DNA of 64,000 nucleotides from Candidatus Bathyarchaeota archaeon (GTDB lineage: Archaea > Thermoproteota > Bathyarchaeia > Bathyarchaeales > Bathycorpusculaceae). The stretch lies in assembly GCA_963832745.1 (NCBI GenBank), contig CAWHVC010000004.1:167754-231753 (forward strand), given 5' to 3'. A program made the translations under genes and the position numbers. The number at the start of each line of letters is the position of its first letter. The first letter of the stretch is position 1. Below are positions 18,137-26,699 of this stretch, piece after piece. A model generated the notes under the pieces. The model was not told the origin of the DNA, made no database searches, and worked only from the letters and a program-made list of their open reading frames with translations.

Positions 18137-18628
18137 TCAGACAGTTTCGTCTTTTATGCCTCCAAGTGCGTTTTTGATTTTCCTAATTACTACTTCTTTG
18201 GTTGCTTTACCGATGACTTGGTCGTCTATGACAATGTTTGGTGCCATTGCACAGGCTCCAATGCATCGTGTAAAAAGCAGAGACAATTTGCCGTCGGCTG
18301 TTGAGCCGCCACGTTTGAGGCTGAACTCTTTTTCGATGGCAGTTATAATTTGTTCTACCCCTTTTACGTAGCAGGCGGTTCCAAAGCATGCGGTAACAAT
18401 GTGTTCGCCTGGTTTTCGTAGTTTAAAGAAACTGTAAAAGGTGGTTACTCCGTAAACGTGACTTGGAGGTAAATTCAGTGAACCCGCAATGTCCATAAGC
18501 AGGTTCCTGTCAAGGTAACCGTAAATTTCTTGGGCACGGTGTAAAATTTCTAGAAGTGCGCTTTCTTCGTAATTGTGCTCTTTTAAAACTTTTTCAAGCA
18601 GTACTCGCCGATTGTCGCTTGTAGCCAA
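18137..18628 (-). CDS. hoxE: Diaphorase 2Fe-2S subunit HoxE-like (NuoE family)
   Basis: LLEILHRAQEIYGYL..., CFGTACYVKG ... CIGACAMAP (NuoE Cys pattern). I prefer TTG at 18628, 9 nt after GGAGG. The tracked extension to 18715 reads as non-coding and contains a TATA-like element. Confidence 0.8.
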   Translation of the reverse strand: MATSDNRRVLLEKVLKEHNYEESALLEILHRAQEIYGYLDRNLLMDIAGSLNLPPSHVYGVTTFYSFFKLRKPGEHIVTACFGTACYVKGVEQIITAIEKEFSLKRGGSTADGKLSLLFTRCIGACAMAPNIVIDDQVIGKATKEVVIRKIKNALGGIKDETV

Positions 18629-18682
18629 ACATTGAAGCCTCCAATAAACAATTTCGATACTAGTATGCCAACATTTAATCTG

Positions 18683-18690
18683 ATATAAAA
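18683..18690 (-). promoter_or_regulatory. Candidate TATA box (minus-strand TTTTATAT) of the hox operon
   Basis: Lies about 55 nt upstream of the proposed TTG start of hoxE, followed by a GGAGG ribosome-binding site at 18638-18642. Confidence 0.35.
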
Positions 18691-18839
18691 GGTTACAGGA
18701 GCCAAGTTTCAACATTTAACGACAAATTTGCGCCAAAAACACTAGCTTCAACCAGAGTTGCATAACAAATGTCTAATGGACACAAGGAAGGTTGAAAAGT
18801 TTTTGATTGATATAAACTAAAATTGAAAATTTGGGGAAG

Positions 18840-21677
18840 TTAAGCTGCGGCTTTGTCAGGTACCTGTTTGGTTACGCCCTTTATTTCAGCTACATTTTTA
18901 ATTGCAGGCGTTTGTATGACTTCTGTTTCAGGCGCGGAGGCTTTTTCTGGCGCTTTTTCAATTCTTGTGCATCGAATGTCAATATCTTCTTCTTTGAGGT
19001 TAAGTGCAGCTTTTATTGTGCCATCTTCAAGATAGTCAATGTTGAAACCCATTTTTTTAGTTAAGCTCAAAGCGCGATAATTATCAGGCAACATAATTGC
19101 GTAAATGTTTTCAACACCTTTTTCTTTGGCAATGTCAAGTGTGTAATCAACCATTTTTGTTCCTAAGCCTAAGCCTTGCCATTGGTCGCTTACAATGAAA
19201 GCCATTTCTCCGTGTTTGCCATCGGTTTCGATGCTGACGCGGCTTACCCCTAGCATTTTTCTTTTGCCATCTTCCTCAATTTCTGCTACCAAAGCGATTT
19301 CACGGTCATAATCAATGTTGCAGTAACGGACTCGAACCTCGTGTGGCGTGTCTTTTAGCATTTGGAAGAAACGGTAGCGGATTGACTCTTCGGATAAGCT
19401 TTGGAACCATTCAAGCCACAGGGGTTCGTCTTCTGGTTTTATTGGTCTTAGTAGGACTTCTTGACCGTTTTTCAGGGTCCAAAGCAGTTCGTATTTTTTT
19501 GGGTACGGACTGATCACGATGTGCTCGTGCGGTTCATGTTTTTTGCAGACTTTCTCCTTGTCGACTAAGATTCTGGCGTCAAGGATGCAGGCCTCTTTCT
19601 CGCTAATCAACATTGGGTTAATGTCGATTTCTTTGATTTGCGGGAAATCAACCAATAGCTGTGAGAACGTTAACAGGGTTTCTTCAAGTTTCTTTAGGTC
19701 AACTGGTGCTGAACCGCGGTAGCCTTTGAGCAGTTGATAAACTTTGGTTTCTTCAAGCATGCGGCGAATCAATGTAGAGTTTAATGGTGGAAGTCCAATT
19801 GAGTAGTCTTTGAATAGTTCAACTCCGACGCCGCCCATGCCGAACAGCACTGTGGGACCAAAGACTGGGTCTGTCTTTCCGCCGATAATAATTTCATAAC
19901 CTTTCTTTTCAACCATAGGCTGAACTGTTACGCCTATGATGTGTGCAGTTGGGTCATGTGCTGTAGCTCTTTGAATTAGCAAGTCAAAAGCTTCGCGAAC
20001 TTCCGTTTCAGAATGAATGTTTAATATGACTCCGCCGACGTCGCTTTTGTGTATGATTTGGGGCGAAAGTATCTTTAGCACTACGGGGAAACCCATTTGT
20101 TGAGCGTAAGCTACTGCCTCGTCAACCGTGTTTGCAACTTCGGTTCGGACAACTGGGAAATTATAGTATTTGAGAATCTTTTTTGCTTCATCTTCTGTTA
20201 GGACTTCGCGGTCTTCCATCGCAGCATTCTTGAGTATCACTCTGACTGGACGTTGTGGCGGTGTAGCATCTCCCGGATATTCTTCTGGCGTTTCATATAG
20301 AAGCTCAACGTTGCGTTGGTAATGGTACATGGTCATGTAAGTTTTAACTGCCTGCTCAGGAGTTGAATAAGTTGGAATGTTGTTGGCGTTTAGAATGTTG
20401 TTTGCTTCAAGCACTGCGCCTGAACCCATAAACGAGGTAACAATAGTTTTGGTTTGGTACGTTTTGTTGTGAACCAGTTCAGCAATGCTTTTAGCTATTC
20501 CAACAGCGTCTGAAACTGCTTGCTGAGTAAACACTATTGCGATGCCATCTACGTTGTCATCATTAAGGCAGGCTTCAAGTGCGACTTTATAGCGGTCTGA
20601 CTTGGCATCTCCCAAAACATCAACTGGGTTGCCGTGGCTCCAGAAAGGCGGCAAAACCGCGTTAAGGCTATCAATCGTCTTCTTACTGAGTTGAGCCAGT
20701 TGACCGCCTTGGGCAATTAACGCGTCAGTAGTCATAACCCCGGGGCCTCCAGCGTTTGTGATAATTGCTAAACGTTTGCCTTTTGGAAGCGGTTGAGTGC
20801 CTAAAACTTCTGCAGCGTTAAACAAGTCAGCGATTTCATCAACCCTGACTACGCCGGCACGTTTAAACGCGGCATCATAAATATCGTCGTGACCTGAAAG
20901 TGAGCCTGTGTGTGAAGCTGCAGCTTTTGCGCTTTCTGTAAATTTACCTGATTTTACTACAACTATTGGTTTGGTTCTTGCGAAGTGACGGGCTGCACTC
21001 ATGAATTTGCGGGCTTCAGTTATGCCTTCTACGTACATAAGAATGCTTTTTGTTTTAGGGTCACTACCAAAATAATCAATTAAATCCCCAAAATCCACGT
21101 CAAGCATGGAGCCGACGGAGACGAAGTTGCTAAAACCAATGTTTTCACTTATAGCCCAGTCAAGGATTGCTGAGCCTAACGCGCCACTTTGAGAAAGGAA
21201 AGCGATTTTTCCCGCTTTTGGCATTTTATCCAAAAAAGTGGCGTTTAAACAGTTTCTTGGTCGTATTATTCCAATGCAGTTTGGTCCAATTACTCGGATT
21301 CTATATTTTTTTGCTACTTCAGCAACTTTATCTTCTAAAGCTTTGCCTTGGGGGCCAATTTCTTTAAAGCCAGCTGAAACAATGATTACTCCTTTAACGT
21401 GTGCTTTTCCGCATTCTTCCATGACGTCTGGCACGGTTTTTGCGGGGGTTGCAATCATTGCTAAATCGATTGGTTCCGGGATCTGGTCAACCGATGGGTA
21501 AGTTTTTATGCCTAAAATTTCAGGTTTTTTTATGTTAACAAAATATACTTTGCCGGTATAGCCTTCTTGTGTAAAGTTTTTTACTATTGCATATCCAACT
21601 GAGCCTTCTGTGTCACTGGCGCCGATGATGGCTACGCTCTTAGGATTAAAAATCTTATCAAGATTTAATGTAACCAT
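18840..21677 (-). CDS. Fused ADP-forming acyl/acetyl-CoA synthetase (alpha plus beta) with a C-terminal GNAT acetyltransferase domain (Pat-like architecture)
   Basis: CoA-binding KSVAIIGASD..., phosphohistidine loop AASHTGSLSG, ATP-grasp region, then GNAT core LRPIKPEDE...IVSDQWQGLGLGTKMVDYTLDIAKEKG. 945 aa. Confidence 0.85.
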   Translation of the reverse strand: MVTLNLDKIFNPKSVAIIGASDTEGSVGYAIVKNFTQEGYTGKVYFVNIKKPEILGIKTYPSVDQIPEPIDLAMIATPAKTVPDVMEECGKAHVKGVIIVSAGFKEIGPQGKALEDKVAEVAKKYRIRVIGPNCIGIIRPRNCLNATFLDKMPKAGKIAFLSQSGALGSAILDWAISENIGFSNFVSVGSMLDVDFGDLIDYFGSDPKTKSILMYVEGITEARKFMSAARHFARTKPIVVVKSGKFTESAKAAASHTGSLSGHDDIYDAAFKRAGVVRVDEIADLFNAAEVLGTQPLPKGKRLAIITNAGGPGVMTTDALIAQGGQLAQLSKKTIDSLNAVLPPFWSHGNPVDVLGDAKSDRYKVALEACLNDDNVDGIAIVFTQQAVSDAVGIAKSIAELVHNKTYQTKTIVTSFMGSGAVLEANNILNANNIPTYSTPEQAVKTYMTMYHYQRNVELLYETPEEYPGDATPPQRPVRVILKNAAMEDREVLTEDEAKKILKYYNFPVVRTEVANTVDEAVAYAQQMGFPVVLKILSPQIIHKSDVGGVILNIHSETEVREAFDLLIQRATAHDPTAHIIGVTVQPMVEKKGYEIIIGGKTDPVFGPTVLFGMGGVGVELFKDYSIGLPPLNSTLIRRMLEETKVYQLLKGYRGSAPVDLKKLEETLLTFSQLLVDFPQIKEIDINPMLISEKEACILDARILVDKEKVCKKHEPHEHIVISPYPKKYELLWTLKNGQEVLLRPIKPEDEPLWLEWFQSLSEESIRYRFFQMLKDTPHEVRVRYCNIDYDREIALVAEIEEDGKRKMLGVSRVSIETDGKHGEMAFIVSDQWQGLGLGTKMVDYTLDIAKEKGVENIYAIMLPDNYRALSLTKKMGFNIDYLEDGTIKAALNLKEEDIDIRCTRIEKAPEKASAPETEVIQTPAIKNVAEIKGVTKQVPDKAAA

Positions 21678-21991
21678 TTAGACCCTCTGTCAAAGTTCGA
21701 TGGTAACGAGCAAATTAAAGGTTATGTATCAAAACTTCACAGTTTTGAAATGAAATATTGAAAAAACCAAGAAAAAGTGTGCTTGCTAGTTCAAAAATGA
21801 CGGGGAACAAGCACCCAATTTTAACTGGAAAAACAATTCAAAATGTAACTGAAAAAAGTTCAAACTGTTACTAGCCCTATGTGGTTGTAGGGCAATTCAT
21901 AGATGCTCTCTGCTGGAAACAGTGGGGAACTCTTATCTAATAGTCACATAACACAAGTGTAAATAGCTTCATTAACTGAGAGGGGCATGAA

Positions 21992-23311
21992 GTGGTTAAC
22001 GGTAAATACTGGAACGAAAAAATCGAAACCCTGCCAAGCGAAGAAATAAAAGAACTCCAGCTGCAAAAACTCAAAGAACAAGTAAAATACTGTTACACTA
22101 ACAGCGTTTTTTATCACAAAAAATTTGACAGCGTCGGATTAAAACCCGAAGACATAAAATCTCTTGACGACCTTAAAAAAATTCCTTTCACCATAAAAGC
22201 TGACCTAAAAGAAAATTACCCCTACGGAATGGTAGCTGCCAAGCCAGACGAAATCGTTGAAATTCACGCTTCAAGCGGAACAACCGGCAACCCAATCGTG
22301 GGCGCTTACACAAGAAACGATATGGATGTTTGGCAAGAACTAATGGCTCGCTCCATCTACACAGCCGGTGGACGCCCCCAAGACGTTATCCACATTGCCT
22401 ATGGCTATGGCTTATTCACTGGCGGATTAGGCTTCCATTATGGCGCCCAAAAACTCGGTGTCCGCATAGTCCCTGCTAGTGGAGGCATGACACAGCGTCA
22501 AATCAAACTCATGAAAGACCTTGACGTGACAATACTCGCTTGCACCCCAAGCTTTGCAGTGTATCTTGCAGAAACCATGATTCAAGAAGGTGTTGTCCCA
22601 CAAAAAGACCTCAAACTTAGACGAGGTATATTTGGCGCTGAACCTTGGTCCAACCAAATTAGGCAAAGAATCGAAAAAGAACTCGGCATAGAAGCTTTTG
22701 ATATTTATGGGTTAACTGAACTTTGCGGTCCAGGTGTTTCAGTAGAATGCCCTGAGCATGACGGCTTGCATGTTTGGGAAGACCAATTTATCATTGAAAC
22801 CATCGACCCTGATACTGGCGAATCCGTGCCAGACGGGGAAGAAGGTGAATTAGTTTTCACTGCCTTAGGCAAAACTGGGTTGCCGATTCTCCGTTACCGT
22901 ACGCGTGACATCTCAAAAATTACCCGCGAAAAATGTGTTTGCGGACGTACACATGCCAGAATGGAACGTGTCACTGGCAGGTCAGATGACATGTTAATTG
23001 TTCGAGGCGTAAACGTTTTCCCTTCACAAATTGAGTTCGCTGTAATGCAGTTCCCTGAATTGGCAACTCAATACTTAATTGTTCTTGACCGCCCTGGTGC
23101 ACTTGATACTTTTCTGGTCAAAGTAGAATTAACAGAACAATCACACAAGAACACACAACTCGATGTTAACGTGCTTAAAAGTTGTATACAGCAAAGAATA
23201 CACATAATCACTGGCCTATCTGCCGATATTGAAGTTGTTAAACCAAATGAACTTCCAAGAACCGAGGGAAAAGCAAAAAGAGTACTAGACCTACGAAAAG
23301 GCAAAATGTAA
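21992..23311 (+). CDS. paaK: Phenylacetate-CoA ligase family (PaaK-type aryl-acetate adenylating enzyme)
   Basis: Characteristic N-terminus KYWNEKIETLPSEEIKELQLQKLKEQV, AMP motif SSGTTGNP, C-terminal TEGKAKRV. 439 aa. Confidence 0.85.
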   Translation: MVNGKYWNEKIETLPSEEIKELQLQKLKEQVKYCYTNSVFYHKKFDSVGLKPEDIKSLDDLKKIPFTIKADLKENYPYGMVAAKPDEIVEIHASSGTTGNPIVGAYTRNDMDVWQELMARSIYTAGGRPQDVIHIAYGYGLFTGGLGFHYGAQKLGVRIVPASGGMTQRQIKLMKDLDVTILACTPSFAVYLAETMIQEGVVPQKDLKLRRGIFGAEPWSNQIRQRIEKELGIEAFDIYGLTELCGPGVSVECPEHDGLHVWEDQFIIETIDPDTGESVPDGEEGELVFTALGKTGLPILRYRTRDISKITREKCVCGRTHARMERVTGRSDDMLIVRGVNVFPSQIEFAVMQFPELATQYLIVLDRPGALDTFLVKVELTEQSHKNTQLDVNVLKSCIQQRIHIITGLSADIEVVKPNELPRTEGKAKRVLDLRKGKM

Positions 23312-23324
23312 AAGGATATCGCTT

Positions 23325-25517
23325 ATGACTTCAAAGATTGCAGTTGATAAGCCGGGCAGCTTCGCCTTGCTTAACGGTGATGAAGCGGTTGCAAGAGGTG
23401 CAGTAGAAGCTGGCATTAAAGTTGCAGCCGCCTATCCTGGTACGCCGTCTACTGAAGTCTTGGAAACTCTCTCACAAGCTGCTAAAACTTTGGGTTTTTA
23501 CGCTGAATGGAGCGTTAACGAAATAGTTTCTACCGAAGTGGCAGCTGGCGCATCCATGGCTGGAGCAAGAGCGCTTGTAGCCATGAAGCATGTTGGGTTA
23601 AATGTTGCTTCAGACGCCGTTATGACCCTTGCATACACGGGTGTTGAAGGAGGCTTAGTTATTGTGGTCTGTGACGACCCTGCTTTGCATAGCAGCCAAA
23701 ACGAGCAGGACACCCGTTATTTCGCAGTGCATTCTAAACTGCCGTTGCTTGACGTTGGAAACCCTCAAGAAGCGTTGGATATGGCGCGTGAAGCTTTTCA
23801 TATAAGCGAATATTTACATCTCCCAATTATTTTGCGTTTAACAACCCGAGTAGCCCATGGAAAAGCCAAAGTTCGGTTTGGCGACTTCCAAAAGCTCAAA
23901 CGTAACATTGCCTTTGACAAGAACGGCTCCAAATGGGTAATGGTTCCCGCAAACGCTATCCGCCAACACCGCGTTTTAGAGGAACGGCTGGTTGAAGCAA
24001 AACTGGTTGCTGAAATTTCTCGTTTCAATAAAATAGAAGATAACAACTCAGAAATCGGCATTATCGGTAGCGGAGTAGGCTATTATTATGCCCGCAGTGT
24101 ACTTGATACAAAAAAGTTTTCATGGCTTAAACTTGGCTTTGTACATCCTTTCCCTTCTGAGCTTGTGAAAGAGTTTGCCGCAAAAGTCAAAAAAATCATA
24201 GTACTCGAAGAATTGCGTCCATATATTGAAGAAAACCTTCAACGCTTAAGACTTGATGTTACAGGAAAAACATTGCTTGGTCTTGGCGAAATCGGGGAAT
24301 ACACGCCTGATCGGGTGCGTGAAGCGTTTGCAAAGTTGGGTTTAACCGACAAAGCCCCGTCTCCAACTACTGTGGATTTGCCCCCAAGACCCCCAAATCT
24401 TTGCCCCGGCTGTACACACCGCGCCTTCTATTACGCCCTCAACTCAGTCAATCAACATGTTGCTTGTGACAACACCAAATGCGTCGGCTGCGGCATCTGC
24501 GAATACATCTGCTCCTTTGAAAAAGAACAGGCCTTCAATCCCCTTAAATCAAGAATCCGTGCTATCCGCATTAACCAAATTAACAACACAGCAACAACCT
24601 GCAGAGCCTGCTTGGACGCTCCTTGCGTTGCTTCATGCCCCCATAATGCGCTTTCTAAATCAGTGAAAACCGGCACAATCCTTGTTGATGAAACCAAATG
24701 TACAGGTTGTGGCTGGTGTATTGAATCATGCCAATACGGCGCCGTAACTTTAGACCCAAGCAAAAGAAAAGCAATCATCTGCGACACCTGCCAAGGCGAC
24801 CCAGCATGTGTAAAATACTGCCCCGAAAACGCCTTAACTTTGGTCGGCAAATCAAACGACAAAATCGTAACAGGTGACATTGGCTGCTATACCCTTGGTG
24901 TTTTGCCGCCGTTAAGCACAGTTCAAACCTGTTTATGTATGGGCGGCGGTATCTCGCAGGCTGCAGGGATGATTCATGCAGGCGTAAAAGACAAAGTCTT
25001 CGCTGTTCTTGGCGACTCCACGTTTTTCCACGCGGGCATGCCGGGACTGCTAAACATCGCTTATAACAAGGCTAACGTCTGCGTTATCGTTTCAGATAAT
25101 CATATAGTTGCAATGACAGGACATCAGCCGACGCCGGCTTCAGGAAAAACCGCTATGGGTGACGACGCCAAAATTGTAAGCATACAAGAAATCGCCAAAA
25201 GCGTCGGCATCGACAAAGTCATAACCGTTGACCCCTATGATGTTAAAGCCACAACAAAAGCTGTCCGAGAAATAATGACGTATGATGGCCCATCAGTAAT
25301 TGTTTCCCAACGACCCTGCCCACTCCTAAGTGAACGTGGTGCACCCAGAGAAGTCACAGACAAATGTGGCGGCTGTGGCGTATGCACCACCAACTTTGGT
25401 TGCCCCGCAATCACCCAAAACGGTGACCGTGCAGAAATTGACCCAACCCTATGCAACGGCTGTGGGGTATGCGAGTCAGTTTGTACTCATGAAGCTATAC
25501 GGAGGAAGCCCCAGTGA
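23325..25517 (+). CDS. iorA: Indolepyruvate:ferredoxin oxidoreductase alpha subunit with an inserted polyferredoxin domain
   Basis: TPP-enzyme blocks AAYPGTPSTE, LCPGCTHR, GDIGCYTLG, GDSTFFHAG; C-terminal 2x CxxCxxCxxxC. An extra ~134-aa four-motif Cys domain sits at aa 379-512. Confidence 0.85.
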   Translation: MTSKIAVDKPGSFALLNGDEAVARGAVEAGIKVAAAYPGTPSTEVLETLSQAAKTLGFYAEWSVNEIVSTEVAAGASMAGARALVAMKHVGLNVASDAVMTLAYTGVEGGLVIVVCDDPALHSSQNEQDTRYFAVHSKLPLLDVGNPQEALDMAREAFHISEYLHLPIILRLTTRVAHGKAKVRFGDFQKLKRNIAFDKNGSKWVMVPANAIRQHRVLEERLVEAKLVAEISRFNKIEDNNSEIGIIGSGVGYYYARSVLDTKKFSWLKLGFVHPFPSELVKEFAAKVKKIIVLEELRPYIEENLQRLRLDVTGKTLLGLGEIGEYTPDRVREAFAKLGLTDKAPSPTTVDLPPRPPNLCPGCTHRAFYYALNSVNQHVACDNTKCVGCGICEYICSFEKEQAFNPLKSRIRAIRINQINNTATTCRACLDAPCVASCPHNALSKSVKTGTILVDETKCTGCGWCIESCQYGAVTLDPSKRKAIICDTCQGDPACVKYCPENALTLVGKSNDKIVTGDIGCYTLGVLPPLSTVQTCLCMGGGISQAAGMIHAGVKDKVFAVLGDSTFFHAGMPGLLNIAYNKANVCVIVSDNHIVAMTGHQPTPASGKTAMGDDAKIVSIQEIAKSVGIDKVITVDPYDVKATTKAVREIMTYDGPSVIVSQRPCPLLSERGAPREVTDKCGGCGVCTTNFGCPAITQNGDRAEIDPTLCNGCGVCESVCTHEAIRRKPQ

Positions 25518-26101
25518 AGCTTGATGTTGTCTTTACAGGAGTCGGCGGTCAAGGCGTAGTGGTTTTAAGTGACATTTTCTGTGAAGCAGCCATGCTTGAC
25601 GGTTTCGACGTGGCTAAAGCAGAGATTCACGGCATGGCACAACGTGGCGGCTCAATTGTAGCTTTTGCACGGATAGCTGAAAAAGTTGAAACTCCTCTTA
25701 TTGAAACTGGCCAGGCAGATGCAGTTGTGGGTTTTGAAATTCTTGAAACCGCACGGTCGCTGCCTATGCTAAAACCAGCCGGTACAGTAATCGTAAACAC
25801 CAAATACATTGCGCCCAGCAGCTTTTCTAAAACAGTAAAACCGAAAACAGCACAGGAACTGCTTGACTTAATCAAAAGCCACGCTCAAATGGTTCATGAA
25901 GTAGACGGGTCAGGCATCGCAAAACAAGTGGGAAACAACTTGGTCGTGAACACCGTTTTGCTTGGCGCATTGTCAGCGTTGCCCACCATGCCGATTAAAC
26001 GTGAATCCTTTGAAACTGCAATGGCAGGACGGCTAAAAGAAAAGTATCTCCAAGTTAACCTGAAAGCTTTTGAACTGGGCAGACAAAGGGTATTGAAGTG
26101 A
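25514..26101 (+). CDS. iorB: Indolepyruvate:ferredoxin oxidoreductase beta subunit
   Basis: GVGGQGVVVLSD...EIHGMAQRGGSIV motif of the 2-oxoacid oxidoreductase gamma-type domain. 4-nt overlap with iorA. Confidence 0.85.
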   Translation: MKLDVVFTGVGGQGVVVLSDIFCEAAMLDGFDVAKAEIHGMAQRGGSIVAFARIAEKVETPLIETGQADAVVGFEILETARSLPMLKPAGTVIVNTKYIAPSSFSKTVKPKTAQELLDLIKSHAQMVHEVDGSGIAKQVGNNLVVNTVLLGALSALPTMPIKRESFETAMAGRLKEKYLQVNLKAFELGRQRVLK

Positions 26102-26475
26102 GCGTAATGAACGGTAAAGACCTCTTCGCTGAAACACTTGGCATCCAAATCATCGACGTTAAAGACGGCTACGCCAAAGTAGAAATGACCGTAAAGAAAA
26201 CTCACACAAACGCTTTAGGCTTCACACATGGCGGCGCAATCTTTTCACTTGCCGATTACGCTTTCGCAGAAGCTTGCAACTTTGGAGACAACATAGCGGT
26301 TGCGCTTCAGGTAAGCATCAATTTCTTGCGTCCAACTGTGGAAGGCGATGTTTTGATTGCGGAGGCGTCAAGGGTTTCGGACGGTAAAACAACTGGCCTG
26401 TACAATGTAATTGTTAAGTGTGGAGAAAAAACGGTTGCTTTCTTTTCTGGTGTAGCATACAAAAAGTCTGCTTAG
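26098..26475 (+). CDS. paaI: PaaI/PaaD-type hot-dog thioesterase
   Basis: NALGFTHGGAIFSLADYAFAEA and GKTTGLYNV motifs. 4-nt overlap with iorB. Confidence 0.8.
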   Translation: MSVMNGKDLFAETLGIQIIDVKDGYAKVEMTVKKTHTNALGFTHGGAIFSLADYAFAEACNFGDNIAVALQVSINFLRPTVEGDVLIAEASRVSDGKTTGLYNVIVKCGEKTVAFFSGVAYKKSA

Positions 26476-26528
26476 CCGGCAAGCGGTTGCGTGTTTTACC
26501 CACAAAAGTAATTAAGCCGCCGCAAATA

Positions 26529-26538
26529 TTTTTATTTA
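26529..26538 (+). promoter_or_regulatory. Candidate TATA box (TTTTTATTTA) for tRNA-Cys
   Basis: AT-rich element ending 21 nt before the first tRNA nucleotide. Confidence 0.4.
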
Positions 26539-26558
26539 ACTTATACGCAGTTTGCGAT

Positions 26559-26634
26559 GCTGGGGTGGCCGAATCGCTGAGGCGGTAGCCTGCAGAGCTG
26601 CTTTATATGGGTTCAATTCCCATCCCCAGCTCCA
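26559..26634 (+). tRNA. tRNA-Cys (anticodon GCA), CCA encoded, no intron
   Basis: Hand-folded. Acceptor GCTGGGG/CCCCAGC; D arm GCCG..(A)GGC; anticodon stem GTAGC/GCTGC with loop CTGCAGA; T arm ATGGG-TTCAATT-CCCAT; discriminator U73 (the Cys identity element); then CCA. Confidence 0.9.
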
Positions 26635-26699
26635 ATCGTAAATTATTCTGAATAATCGATAAAACAAAAAGAAGAGACGTTGAATCTTCAAAATAAGAC

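Noticed and set aside
18629-18715. The N-terminal 29 codons of the tracked hoxE ORF (MLKLGSCNLLYQIKCWHTSIEIVYWRLQC).
   Set aside because: They read as non-coding (Cys/Trp-rich and absent from NuoE-family N-termini) and contain a TATA-like box and a GGAGG site positioned for the TTG at 18628. The same reasoning applies to the tracked N-terminal extensions of metG (56662-56766), lemA, the PHP gene and the CBS gene.
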